Below, piece after piece: positions 37,074-46,768 of a DNA stretch of 51,970 nt. A program made the position numbers and the translations under genes. Each line of letters opens with the position of its first letter. The first letter of the stretch is position 1. The notes under the pieces are model-generated. The model saw nothing but the letters and a program-made list of their open reading frames with translations, did not search any database and was not told the DNA's origin. Origin of the DNA: Treponema sp. (GTDB lineage Bacteria > Spirochaetota > Spirochaetia > Treponematales > Breznakiellaceae); contig JAISOX010000031.1 of the NCBI GenBank assembly GCA_031275325.1, forward strand, positions 1 to 51,970, given 5' to 3'.

Positions 37074-37343
37074 ATGGCACTAACTAAGGAACAGGTAGGC
37101 TCTATCGTGCATAAGTTCGGTAAAAATGAGCACGATACCGGCGCCTCGGAAGTTCAGGTTGCGCTGCTGACTGAGCGGATAAATCAGCTCACCGGGCATT
37201 GCAAGCAATTTAAGAAAGACAAATCCAGTCAACGGGGTTTATTGATGCTGGTCGGCCAACGCCGGCGTATGTTGAAATACGTTCAGCGTACGGATATGGA
37301 AAAATACCGGTCGCTTATTAAAGCGCTGGGACTCCGCAAATAA
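37074..37343 (+). CDS. rpsO: 30S ribosomal protein S15
   Basis: 89 aa. DTGASEVQVALLTERINQLTGHCKQFKKDKSSQRGLLMLVGQRRRML is the S15 signature. Confidence 0.97.
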   Translation: MALTKEQVGSIVHKFGKNEHDTGASEVQVALLTERINQLTGHCKQFKKDKSSQRGLLMLVGQRRRMLKYVQRTDMEKYRSLIKALGLRK

Positions 37344-37350
37344 GGAAATT

Positions 37351-39507
37351 ATGGTTCAACGCGTAACATACGAAATAGTGGGAAAAGAACTGATTCTTGA
37401 AACAGGTCGAATCGCAAAACAGGCCAATGGCGCGGTTTTTGCCCAATACATGGGTTCAGCGGTCATCGCCACGGTCTGTTGTTCCGAAGATGCAGTGGAA
37501 GGGCTTGATTATGTCCCGGTAACCGTGGATTACAACGAGAAATACTATGCCGCAGGGAAAATCCCTGGGGGCTTCATCAAGCGGGAAGGCCGGCCCAAGG
37601 ATAAGGAAATCCTCGTATCCCGGCTCATCGACCGGCCCATGCGGCCCCTCTTTGAGAAGCGGTTTGGCCGGGAAATTCAGATAGTACCTACTACGGTCTC
37701 TACGGATCAGGTCAATCCTCCCGACATCCTGGCCATCATTGCATCCTCTGCAGCAGTGCATCTTTCAGACATTCCCTTTAATGGTCCCATTGCGGGAGTG
37801 CGGGTGTGCCTGGTGAAAGACGAACTGGTGGTCAACCCTACCTATGATCAGATCGAGAAATCCAGCCTTGAAATCGTCGTGGCCGGTACTAAAGCGGGGA
37901 TCACCATGGTGGAGGGAGGGGCTGCGGAAGTGAGCGAAGATCAGATGATCCGCGCGCTGGAAAAGGCCCAAGAGGTGATCCTTGCACTCTGTACCTTACA
38001 GGAGCAGCTCCGGGGGCTTGCAGGAAAGGAAAAACTTCCCCTTACAGAGCATACCCTGGAACTGGAAAACCAGGAAACCATCCGCGGCCTGGCCTATCCC
38101 CGGTTGGAAAAAGCCTGTTTTCTTAAAGGTAAACAGGAACGCCGCGAGGCTATTCATCACGTTAAAGCGGACCTCCAGGAACAATATGCAGAACAGCTTG
38201 CGGAAGAAGCCCAGAAGAAACGGTTTAACGCGCTCTTTGAGGAGATGGAATATAAGATTCTTCGTTCCGCCATCCTGGATAAGGGACTGCGGGTGGATGG
38301 ACGGGGGACCGAAGACATTCGGGATATAAGCTGCGAGGTAGGGGTTCTCCAGCGGACCCACGGATCCGCTCTTTTTACCCGCGGAGAAACCCAGGCTTTG
38401 GCGGTTACCACCTTAGGTACGGTCTTTGATGAACAGGTCTACGATGACATTGAGGGGGATAAGCGGGAGCATTTCATTCTTCATTATAATTTCCCCCCGT
38501 ATTCAGTAGGTGAAGTGGGCCGTTTGGGCACAGGCCGAAGGGAAATAGGTCATGGAAACCTGGCCCGGCGTTCTCTTGAACCCATGATTCCCTCCAAAGA
38601 AGCCTTCCCCTATACGGTCCGGGTGGTCTCGGAGATTATGGAATCCAATGGTTCATCTTCTATGGCCTCGGTCTGCGGCGGTACGCTTTCGCTGCTCCAT
38701 GCAGGGGTGCCTATGAAGAAACCTGTGGCAGGCATTGCCATGGGGCTCATCACCGAAGGAGACCGCTATGCCGTGCTTTCAGACATCCTGGGCGAAGAGG
38801 ATCACCTGGGGGACATGGACTTTAAGGTGGCAGGCACTGAAGCAGGTATCACCGGCTTCCAGATGGACATTAAGATCGCCGGGGTAAGCCCGGAGATTAT
38901 GCGGAAAGCCCTGGATCAAGCCAAGCGAGGCAGGCTCCATATCCTCCAGATTATGCAGGAGACCATCAGCAAGCCTACCGCGCAGATCAGCGAGTATGCC
39001 CCCAAGATCCTCAGCCTCAAGATCGAGGTGGATAAGATCGGCGCGCTCATCGGGCCAGGAGGCAAAAACGTCAAAGCGCTCTGTGAACAATACGGGGTCA
39101 GCATCAATACCGAGAATGACGGAACCGTTACGATTTATGGAAAAAACGCTTCCGCTGCAGAGGAGGCCAAAGCTGCGGTCTTAGGCATTGTATCTGACCC
39201 AGAAACCGGACGAATTTACCAAGGCACGGTGAAACGGATCACCGACTATGGCGCGTTCGTAGAAATTCTCCCTGGTAAAGAAGGGCTGGTGCATATTTCC
39301 AAGCTGTCCCGGCAGCATGTCTTGGCTGTTACGGATGTGATTAAAGAAGGACAGGAGATTCCGGTCAAGCTCCTGGAAGTGGATAAGGCGGGACGATTGA
39401 ACCTTTCTTATATCGACGCCATTGATCCTGCCGGGGAAGAGGGACCCCGCAGGGATGAGTATCGCCGGGACTCCAGTCATCGGGATGAACGGCACCGCCG
39501 CCGTTAA
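37351..39507 (+). CDS. pnp: Polyribonucleotide nucleotidyltransferase (PNPase)
   Basis: Two RNase PH domains are present (ETGRIAKQANGAV..., RTHGSALFTRGETQAL), followed by KH and S1 domains (GTVKRITDYGAFVEILPGKEGLVHIS). Confidence 0.97.
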   Translation: MVQRVTYEIVGKELILETGRIAKQANGAVFAQYMGSAVIATVCCSEDAVEGLDYVPVTVDYNEKYYAAGKIPGGFIKREGRPKDKEILVSRLIDRPMRPLFEKRFGREIQIVPTTVSTDQVNPPDILAIIASSAAVHLSDIPFNGPIAGVRVCLVKDELVVNPTYDQIEKSSLEIVVAGTKAGITMVEGGAAEVSEDQMIRALEKAQEVILALCTLQEQLRGLAGKEKLPLTEHTLELENQETIRGLAYPRLEKACFLKGKQERREAIHHVKADLQEQYAEQLAEEAQKKRFNALFEEMEYKILRSAILDKGLRVDGRGTEDIRDISCEVGVLQRTHGSALFTRGETQALAVTTLGTVFDEQVYDDIEGDKREHFILHYNFPPYSVGEVGRLGTGRREIGHGNLARRSLEPMIPSKEAFPYTVRVVSEIMESNGSSSMASVCGGTLSLLHAGVPMKKPVAGIAMGLITEGDRYAVLSDILGEEDHLGDMDFKVAGTEAGITGFQMDIKIAGVSPEIMRKALDQAKRGRLHILQIMQETISKPTAQISEYAPKILSLKIEVDKIGALIGPGGKNVKALCEQYGVSINTENDGTVTIYGKNASAAEEAKAAVLGIVSDPETGRIYQGTVKRITDYGAFVEILPGKEGLVHISKLSRQHVLAVTDVIKEGQEIPVKLLEVDKAGRLNLSYIDAIDPAGEEGPRRDEYRRDSSHRDERHRRR

Positions 39508-39513
39508 GCAGTC

Positions 39514-39963
39514 ATGGCAGCTCTGGATTTAGAAATACCTGTATATACACAAGGGCCGGATATAAGGCTTCCCCAGTATGAGACGCCTGGAGCCGCGGGG
39601 ATGGATATTCGGGCCTTCCTTGAGCAGGGGGTGTGTATTTCCCCCTTAGAGCGGGTACGGATTCCTACAGGACTCATCTTCGAGATACCTCCAGGGTATG
39701 AAGCCCAGGTGAGACCCCGCTCAGGCTTGGCCTGGCGGCACGGAATCACGGTTTTAAATGCACCGGGAACCATTGATTCGGATTACCGGGGAGCCTTAGA
39801 AATCATGTTAATCAATCTTGGATCCGAGCCTTTCACGATCCGCAACGGAGACCGGATCGCTCAGTTGGTTATTGCCCCGGTGAGCAGGGCCGTACTGAAG
39901 GAAACCGATTCGGTATCGGTAAGCATCCGGGGAACAGGGGGATTCGGATCCACAGGAGTCTAA
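39514..39963 (+). CDS. dut: dUTP diphosphatase
   Basis: GAAGMDIRA, RPRSGLAWRHGI, GTIDSDYRGA and RGTGGFGSTG motifs. Confidence 0.95.
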   Translation: MAALDLEIPVYTQGPDIRLPQYETPGAAGMDIRAFLEQGVCISPLERVRIPTGLIFEIPPGYEAQVRPRSGLAWRHGITVLNAPGTIDSDYRGALEIMLINLGSEPFTIRNGDRIAQLVIAPVSRAVLKETDSVSVSIRGTGGFGSTGV

Positions 39964-39964
39964 C

Positions 39965-41233
39965 ATGAGCGACCGCCGTTCTCTATCCTGGACCCTGTTC
40001 ACCTATATTATTTCCGAAGCGGTATTCTCCTTTGTGGTGGCTTTTCTCTTTTTCTTTATTATCTTTTTTGTGAATCAATTGCTCCTGATGGCCCAGGAAA
40101 TATTGACCAAGAAGGTGCCTTTTCGACAGGTTGCCCTCTTGGTCCTCTATTCCCTGCCCCAAGTCATTGCCTTGTCCGCTCCTTTTGCCTCTCTGGTGGG
40201 AACCCTTATGACCATCGGGCGGCTCACATCGGATAATGAGATCCTGGTGATGCTTTCCTCCGGTCTTTCCTACAGTAACATCTTTATTCCCGCGCTGACC
40301 GTGGGCTTGCTTATTTCCATCCTTTCCTTTATTGCCAATGACATACTCCTCCCCGCGGGAACCGTGCAATTTTACCGGCTCTACCGGCGGATCCTGACTT
40401 CCACCCCTGCCCTGGAATTGGGGGCCAATTCAGTGAAGCGGTTCAAGGATACGGTGATCGTTACCGGGGAAGTACAGGGTAATTCCATTGCGGATGTGTT
40501 TATTTTGGATAAGACCAGTAACGGGGAACGGCGGCTCATCATGGCAAAAGAAGCGGAACTCAAAGACGCGGGCAGGGAAGGGCTCAGCCTGGATCTTTCG
40601 GAAGCCTTTGTGCAGTCTTCAAAGGAACTAAGCCGCCAGGACTACGACTATGCTTCAAGCGGATTTCTCCGGTATTGGGTGCCTCAGGAAGATATGATCC
40701 AGGCGGTTTCGTCCATCGGCCCCAGTCAAATGAGTTCCACTGATGTGGGCCGTGAAATTAAAAATAAAGTGGTGAACCTGCAAGAGAAACTGGATGAACG
40801 GTACAACCAAGTCTTGATTCAGGGGCTGGCTTTGGAAGACAGCCTGCGTAAAGGCCCCAAGAACGAGGCGTGGAACCGCCGGGCAGCGAACTTTTCCAAC
40901 TGGATAACCGAGACCCAAGCCGCGGCAGCCCTTAAAAAAGACCGGAGCCTGCATATTTATCGAGTAGAGTATTATAAAAAGTTTTCTATCCCCTTTGGCG
41001 CGTTATCCCTGGTGTTTCTGGGGGTTCCTCTGGGGCTTTTGGCCAAAAAAAGCGGCCAAGCCGTGGGTTTCATCTTGGGGCTCATCATCGCGGTGATCTA
41101 TTGGACCTTGCTCTTTGGAGGCCAAACCATGGGCTTACGCCTGGGGTATTCCCCGTTCTGGTCTATGTGGCTTCCGAATATCTTAGCGATCGCTATTGGG
41201 CTCTGCATGGGTATCCTCAGGATACGAAAATGA
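39965..41233 (+). CDS. LptF/LptG-family LPS export permease (YjgP/YjgQ)
   Basis: 422 aa with an N-terminal 3-TM block, a periplasmic beta-jellyroll-sized insert and a C-terminal 3-TM block. It is paired with a second family member. Confidence 0.85.
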   Translation: MSDRRSLSWTLFTYIISEAVFSFVVAFLFFFIIFFVNQLLLMAQEILTKKVPFRQVALLVLYSLPQVIALSAPFASLVGTLMTIGRLTSDNEILVMLSSGLSYSNIFIPALTVGLLISILSFIANDILLPAGTVQFYRLYRRILTSTPALELGANSVKRFKDTVIVTGEVQGNSIADVFILDKTSNGERRLIMAKEAELKDAGREGLSLDLSEAFVQSSKELSRQDYDYASSGFLRYWVPQEDMIQAVSSIGPSQMSSTDVGREIKNKVVNLQEKLDERYNQVLIQGLALEDSLRKGPKNEAWNRRAANFSNWITETQAAAALKKDRSLHIYRVEYYKKFSIPFGALSLVFLGVPLGLLAKKSGQAVGFILGLIIAVIYWTLLFGGQTMGLRLGYSPFWSMWLPNILAIAIGLCMGILRIRK

Positions 41234-41254
41234 TCCCCCAAGGAGGGTAAGCGC

Positions 41255-42319
41255 ATGATCTTGGATCGGTATTTGATGAAACAATTCTTCCCGATCTTTG
41301 TGGTGGCTATCTCCATGTTTGTGCTGCTCCTTTCCCTGATCGATCTCTTTGCCAATCTGTGGCGATACCTCAATTATGAAGTACCCTTAACGCAGATTCT
41401 CCAGGTCTGCGCGTATTATATACCGAAAAGTGTTTCCTATGCCCTGCCGATCTCCCTGCTCTTTGCCGCGGCCTATACCCTGGGGGACCTCTATAGCAGG
41501 AATGAGCTTACCTCTATTTTTTCTTCGGGGATTCCTTTTTGGCGTTTTAGCCTCTCCCTGCTCGGTATTGGCTTAGCAGCTTCCGTTCTTTCCTTTCATT
41601 TTGAGGATAAGGTGGTAATCCCCACCTTCAAAGTCAAAACCGATCTCTCCCGGACGCTGCTGCACCAGTCCCGGACCGAGAACAATTCCGACATTGTGAT
41701 CAAGGCCAAAAACGGCAGGCTCATTTATGCGGTTGATTATTACGATGCCCAGGCTCAGATCTTAAACGGCCTGAGCATCATCGAACAAGCTGAAACAGGG
41801 GCCTTTTTGTCCCTGGTCCGGGCTCCCCAGGCATCCTGGAACGGAACCTGCTGGGTTCTTTCCAACGCGCTCATGTATGCCTGGGAGGAGAGTTTATTAG
41901 AGGCCAAGCCCTTACCTGATACGGATATATACCGGGAACATCCTGATACCTTTCGTAGAAACTCCATGCAGGCGGAAGACCTTCCGGCCCGGGAAGCGGC
42001 GTTAATGGTGGAAGATCTCAAGATCGCCGGCCTTCCCTATATTAAGGCCCTGGCAGACTATTATCACCGGTATTCCTTTGCCTCAGTGTCATTTGTGGTG
42101 ATGATCCTGTCTATTTCCATGGGAGGACGCTTTAGAAAGAACATCCTCCTTATGAGCCTCATTTCCAGTCTTGGGGTAGCCGTCGTTTTTTACGTGATGG
42201 AGATGATCAGTATGATGATGGCCCGGCTTGGGTATATTCCCCCCCTTCTGGGGGCCTGGTTTCCGGTGGGCTTTTTTGTGAGTATTGGGATATTGCTGCT
42301 ACAAAGTGCGAAAACCTAA
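41255..42319 (+). CDS. LptF/LptG-family LPS export permease (YjgP/YjgQ)
   Basis: 354 aa. MILDRYLMKQFFPIFVVAISMFVLLL is the typical family N-terminus. Confidence 0.85.
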   Translation: MILDRYLMKQFFPIFVVAISMFVLLLSLIDLFANLWRYLNYEVPLTQILQVCAYYIPKSVSYALPISLLFAAAYTLGDLYSRNELTSIFSSGIPFWRFSLSLLGIGLAASVLSFHFEDKVVIPTFKVKTDLSRTLLHQSRTENNSDIVIKAKNGRLIYAVDYYDAQAQILNGLSIIEQAETGAFLSLVRAPQASWNGTCWVLSNALMYAWEESLLEAKPLPDTDIYREHPDTFRRNSMQAEDLPAREAALMVEDLKIAGLPYIKALADYYHRYSFASVSFVVMILSISMGGRFRKNILLMSLISSLGVAVVFYVMEMISMMMARLGYIPPLLGAWFPVGFFVSIGILLLQSAKT

Positions 42320-42326
42320 TTTCTTC

Positions 42327-42641
42327 ACGGCAGGATGTACGCTCCGGGCATGAAGTTTTAAGCTCTGATCAGCAAGTTTCATGTTCCGAACAGGGAGATC
42401 CTCGCTCCGAGCAGGAAGTTCCATGCTCCGAGCAGGAAGTTTCAAGCTCTAAGCAGGAAGTTCCATGCTCCGAGCAGCAAGTTTCCAGTTCCGAACAGGA
42501 AGTTTCAAGCTCTAAGCAGCAAGCTCCATGCTCCGAGCAGCAAGTTTCCAGTTCCGAACAGGAAGTTTCAAGCTCTAAGCAGCAAGTTCCATGCTCAGAG
42601 CAGGAAGTTTCAGGTTCTGAACAGGAAGATGACCCTGAAAC
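42327..42641 (+). repeat. 21-bp tandem array C (15 units) with a 63-bp higher-order period
   Basis: Units such as GCAGGAAGTTCCATGCTCCGA, GCAGGAAGTTTCAAGCTCTAA and GCAGCAAGTTTCCAGTTCCGA start at 42327+21k. The array begins 8 nt after the lptG-family stop codon. Confidence 0.95.
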
Positions 42642-42831
42642 AAGCAATCATTGATGTAAAAGAAGGCCGTCTGGGGATATATAAAGAATTTGTGTAAATA
42701 CCAAAAATATGATAGAAATACCAAAGTAGCAATACATGGCCGAAACACGCGGAAAAATGAACTGCCGGGCTGGAGCAGGCTGTAATGACGGGAAGCAGAG
42801 GGCCAGGCGCTGAAAAAAGGACGGTTCGTTT

Positions 42832-43632
42832 ATGGAAACGCATCCAGAAGAAGAAATATGTACCTTAGATCTTCATTATATTGTTTTCCGTCAGTGCAAT
42901 CCTGAGTGGCGGCTGCTTCCCCACAGGGTATCCAATTTTGACATTACCTATGTAATCCAGGGCAAAGCCTGTTATACCATAAACGGTGTAAAATATGATG
43001 TATCCGCGGGGGATATGGTATGCCTTCCTGAAAATGTCAAAAAAGAAGCGGTAACCTATCCCCGCCAGCTTATGCATTGTTTTTCGGTAAATTTCCAGCC
43101 AAAGAATCTGGATAGGCAGAGCGTAAAACTTCCCCTTCCCATGATAAACCACATCGGAGTAAGAAACGATCTTATCCAGCTTTTTGACGATCTTGTTTAT
43201 AGCTGGCGGGAACACCGGTCCGGTTATAGGTTAAAATGCCGGGGAATACTTTCCCTTATTCTGTACCATATTCTTGAAGCAACGGTATTTGAAACGTTTC
43301 CCTCTGATCTGGATAATCGAATTAAAAATACCCTGTTGTATATCACCAAGAATTACGCCCAAAAGCTCAGGGTAAAAAAACTGGCCGCCCTGGCCGGGCT
43401 TAATCCCGCCTATTTCGGTGTCTTGTTTAAACGGGTTACGGGGTTAAAGGTGAATCAGTACATCGCGAATGTCAGGATCCACAACGCAAAAACCATGCTG
43501 AAAAGCGGCGCATACCGGGTGGCGGAAGTAGCGGAATGCTGCGGCTATAATGACGCCTTTCATTTTTACAAACATTTTAAAAGTATTGCCGGCATCCCTC
43601 CGTCCCATTATATCCCAAGAATTTCCCCATGA
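42832..43632 (+). CDS. AraC-family transcriptional regulator (cupin sensor + HTH)
   Basis: An N-terminal cupin-like domain is followed by the C-terminal AraC HTH, LAALAGLNPAYFGVLFKRVTGLKVNQYIANVRIHNAKTML...GYNDAFHFYKHFK. Confidence 0.9.
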   Translation: METHPEEEICTLDLHYIVFRQCNPEWRLLPHRVSNFDITYVIQGKACYTINGVKYDVSAGDMVCLPENVKKEAVTYPRQLMHCFSVNFQPKNLDRQSVKLPLPMINHIGVRNDLIQLFDDLVYSWREHRSGYRLKCRGILSLILYHILEATVFETFPSDLDNRIKNTLLYITKNYAQKLRVKKLAALAGLNPAYFGVLFKRVTGLKVNQYIANVRIHNAKTMLKSGAYRVAEVAECCGYNDAFHFYKHFKSIAGIPPSHYIPRISP

Positions 43633-43955
43633 ACCAAGCTCCGCAGGTCCGCGACTTCCTTAGTGTAATTCGCGTCGTTCCCGGGCTTTTTTCTCTTTGT
43701 CGAACTCACGTTACTTAATAGTAATTTTGTTGGCGCATCCCTACTTGACCCTAAAATGGTTTTTATATACAGTAGTAACATACTTTCAGGATGGGTTTTT
43801 AAAACATTAGATGAGGGGGTTGCATATGAAAACATAGGTTTTTCAAAGTTTTGTAAATGTTTTTCCGGTGTATTACCGGTATCAGAATCGGACCAGGTAA
43901 CTACAAGCAAAAAGACAATCATATAAATCAATAATTTAAAAAACATTACCTTCAT
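43608..43955 (-). CDS. Hypothetical small secreted or membrane protein in an AT-rich patch
   Basis: The ORF from ATG 43955 reads MKVMFFKLLIYMIVFLLVVTWSDSD..., which looks like a signal peptide. I recognise no homology. It overlaps the AraC 3' end by 25 nt. This call is weak. Confidence 0.25.
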   Translation of the reverse strand: MKVMFFKLLIYMIVFLLVVTWSDSDTGNTPEKHLQNFEKPMFSYATPSSNVLKTHPESMLLLYIKTILGSSRDAPTKLLLSNVSSTKRKKPGNDANYTKEVADLRSLVHGEILGI

Positions 43956-44243
43956 TATCTGCAATTGCTGTTGAATCCGCAGATAATGCGGATATTTCAT
44001 CAGAAGAAACAACAAACAAGAGAAAATACCGGGAAGAAAGCGGCTGTTTTAAGGAATACTGAGAACATGTGGATTCGCATGGAATAATCTGAACATGCCT
44101 GTTATGTTCATTCTTTTTATAGAATTCCCCGTCGGCCCTTAATTTCACCCGTACTTTTGGGGGATTTTGTGATTCCCTTAATATATCAGGGCCGTCATTA
44201 AGAATTTTCAGGTTTTGAGATGTGTCCTTAGAAGGAGAGGCGT

Positions 44244-44798
44244 ATGTCCAAAGAAGTTGACGAAATTACCGCGCGGGTTAAGGTGCTTCGGGAAATTGAG
44301 GAAATATCCGGAGAAACTTTGGCCAAAGAACTGGGCTTTGATACGGCGGAGTATAACCGTTGGGAAGCGGGGGAGAAGGATTTTCCTATAGGCGCCCTGG
44401 TGGAGATTGCCGCACGGTTTAAGGTTGATCTTACCGAGCTTATAAGCGGACAGACACCCAAGCTCAAGACCTACTGCGTTACCCGCAAGGGGGAAGCGCC
44501 GGAGGTAAGCAGGCGTCCTATGTATACCTACTGGAATCTGGCGTATAAGTTTCATCATAAAAAAGGGGAGCCTTTCCTGGTTGAGGCAAGCCCTGATACC
44601 GAAGGAAAACCTCTCAGCCTGAATACCCATCCGGGCCAGGAGTTTAATTTTGTACTGGAAGGGCGGCTCCTCATCTCGGTAGGCGGCCATGAAACGGAAC
44701 TGGGGCCCGGGGATTGTATTTACTACGATTCAACCGAGCCTCATGGCATGAAAGCCCTGGGCGGGCAGCGTACCCGCTTCCTGGCTATGGTTTTGTAA
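44244..44798 (+). CDS. XRE-family HTH + cupin domain transcriptional regulator
   Basis: The HTH region is LREIEEISGETLAKELGFDTAEYNRWEAGEKDFPIGALVEIAARFKVDL. The C-terminal cupin is GQEFNFVLEGRLLISVGGHETELGPGDCIYYDSTEPHG. AGGAGAGG lies upstream. Confidence 0.85.
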   Translation: MSKEVDEITARVKVLREIEEISGETLAKELGFDTAEYNRWEAGEKDFPIGALVEIAARFKVDLTELISGQTPKLKTYCVTRKGEAPEVSRRPMYTYWNLAYKFHHKKGEPFLVEASPDTEGKPLSLNTHPGQEFNFVLEGRLLISVGGHETELGPGDCIYYDSTEPHGMKALGGQRTRFLAMVL

Positions 44799-44816
44799 GC
44801 TAAAAGAGAGGAATAT

Positions 44817-46595
44817 ATGAGCATAATGGCTGAACGGTATGTATCCAGGCTGGATTTTGATTCTTATGAAGATTTTTATCAGCATTTTCACGTTAAAATA
44901 CCGGATAATTTTAATTTTGCCTACGATGTGATGGATGAGCTTGCCCGAGAGAAACCCAACGAGCGCGCTCTGGTCTGGTGCGATGAAAAAGGAGCGGAAG
45001 CGGAATTTACCTATGCCGATCTCAAGGGGCTTTCCGATCAGGCGGCCAATGTCCTGGTTAATGCGGGGGTACACAGGGGCTCGCCTATCATGCTGATCCT
45101 CCAGCGGCGCTGGGAATACTGGCCTATCCTCCTGGCCCTGCATAAGATCGGAGCGGTCGCTATACCGGCAACGCATCTCCTTACCGCCAAAGATATGGTC
45201 TACCGCTGCATGGCTGCGGATGTTGCCGGGATAATCTGCGTCGATGATGAAAAGGTAATGAAGCGGGTAGATGAAACAGAGGCTAAGCTGAAACCTGAGG
45301 CGGGTGAGGGCTGCAAACTTAAGCTGAAGTTCTTTGTCCGTTCCGTTCATACCCCTGGGGAGGTAGCTAGTGCAGGCAGGGCTGCAAAAGCCTGTGTGGA
45401 TTTGGATGGCGAAAAGGGCGCCTCCCCTGTCTGCGGCAGCGGTTATGCTCCCTGGCTGGATTTTAAAGCCCTGCTGGAAAAGGCTTCGTCCGATTTTATG
45501 CGTCCCGTGAAGGTAAATGTCAACGAGGATAGTATGCTGCTTTACTTTACATCGGGAACTACCGGGATGCCCAAGATGGTACAGCACAATTTTGCCTATC
45601 CCCTGGGACATATCCTTACGGCCAAATACTGGCAGCGTGTCATCCCCGGCGGGCTCCACCTTACCGTAGCGGAAACCGGATGGGCTAAAGCTGCCTGGGG
45701 GAAGATATACGGCCAGTGGCTTTGCGGTACAGGGATATTTGTCTACGATTTTGACCGTTTTGTTCCTACCGCTATGCTGAAGGTCATCGCCAAATATAAA
45801 ATAACTACTTTTTGCGCTCCTCCGACTATTTACCGCTTCTTTATTAAGGAAAATCTGTCCAGGTATGATTTTTCCGCCCTAAAGAACTGTACTGTGGCAG
45901 GGGAACCCCTTAACCCGGAGATATATGAACAATTCAAGGAAGGAACCGGCATCAAGCTGCGGGAATGTTACGGTCAGACCGAGCTTACCGTAACAATCGG
46001 TACCTTCCCCTGGCTGGAGCCCAAGCCCGGATCCATGGGCAAGCCTTCCCCGGGCTACGATATAGACCTGCTTAACGATAACGGAGCTTCCTGCGGCATG
46101 GGTGAGGAAGGCCAGATAGTGGTACGCACCGATAAACGTAAGCCTGTGGGTATGTTCGGCGGTTATTACCGCGACCAGGAACTGACAGAAAGCGTATGGC
46201 GGCACGGTATCTACTATACCGGGGACGTGGCCTGGCGGGACGAAGACGGCTACCTCTGGTTTGTAGGCCGTGCCGACGACGTTATCAAAAGTTCAGGCTA
46301 CCGTATAGGCCCCTTCGAGGTAGAAAGCGTCCTGCATGAGCATCCGGCTGTCCTGGAGTGCGCCATTACCAGCGTTCCCGATCCTGACCGGGGCGCGGTG
46401 GTCAAGGCCACCATTGTCCTTGCCAAGGGTTGGATCCCCTCGGACACATTAAAACTGGAACTTCAGAACCATGTTAAGAAGATCACCGCGCCTTACAAGT
46501 ACCCGCGTATTGTGGAATTTGTTGCCGAACTTCCAAAAACCATCAGCGGCAAGATACGCCGTGTTAAGATCCGGGAAGACGACGGGGTGCATTGA
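44817..46595 (+). CDS. AMP-forming acyl-CoA synthetase (medium-chain/AcsM-like)
   Basis: The AMP-binding motif is LLYFTSGTTGMPKMVQH. YGQTE, YYTGDVAWRDEDGYLWFVGRADDVIKSSGYRIGPFEVES and the terminal PKTISGKIRR are also present. Confidence 0.92.
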   Translation: MSIMAERYVSRLDFDSYEDFYQHFHVKIPDNFNFAYDVMDELAREKPNERALVWCDEKGAEAEFTYADLKGLSDQAANVLVNAGVHRGSPIMLILQRRWEYWPILLALHKIGAVAIPATHLLTAKDMVYRCMAADVAGIICVDDEKVMKRVDETEAKLKPEAGEGCKLKLKFFVRSVHTPGEVASAGRAAKACVDLDGEKGASPVCGSGYAPWLDFKALLEKASSDFMRPVKVNVNEDSMLLYFTSGTTGMPKMVQHNFAYPLGHILTAKYWQRVIPGGLHLTVAETGWAKAAWGKIYGQWLCGTGIFVYDFDRFVPTAMLKVIAKYKITTFCAPPTIYRFFIKENLSRYDFSALKNCTVAGEPLNPEIYEQFKEGTGIKLRECYGQTELTVTIGTFPWLEPKPGSMGKPSPGYDIDLLNDNGASCGMGEEGQIVVRTDKRKPVGMFGGYYRDQELTESVWRHGIYYTGDVAWRDEDGYLWFVGRADDVIKSSGYRIGPFEVESVLHEHPAVLECAITSVPDPDRGAVVKATIVLAKGWIPSDTLKLELQNHVKKITAPYKYPRIVEFVAELPKTISGKIRRVKIREDDGVH

Positions 46596-46768
46596 GGTTT
46601 GTCTTAACTCATGTTACGCAGGGGTTCGCCTTCTAGCGGCGCAAAAAATTTCGCCCCCGGATGATTCAAAAAAACAGCCCCTCCGAAAGGATGGGCGTAT
46701 CTCAATTCTTCCCCAATAAAAAAACCAGGAACACGCTCCGGGGTATCTTCATTATAATTTTTCTCCGA

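Noticed and set aside
42271-42654. A -1 frameshift at the T6 run (42272-42277) that would fuse the lptG-family protein to the open QEVSSS heptad frame of array C
   Set aside because: The T-run is not in a proper X XXY YYZ register for the zero frame, no stimulatory structure is evident, and the open frame is a trivial consequence of 21-bp periodicity.
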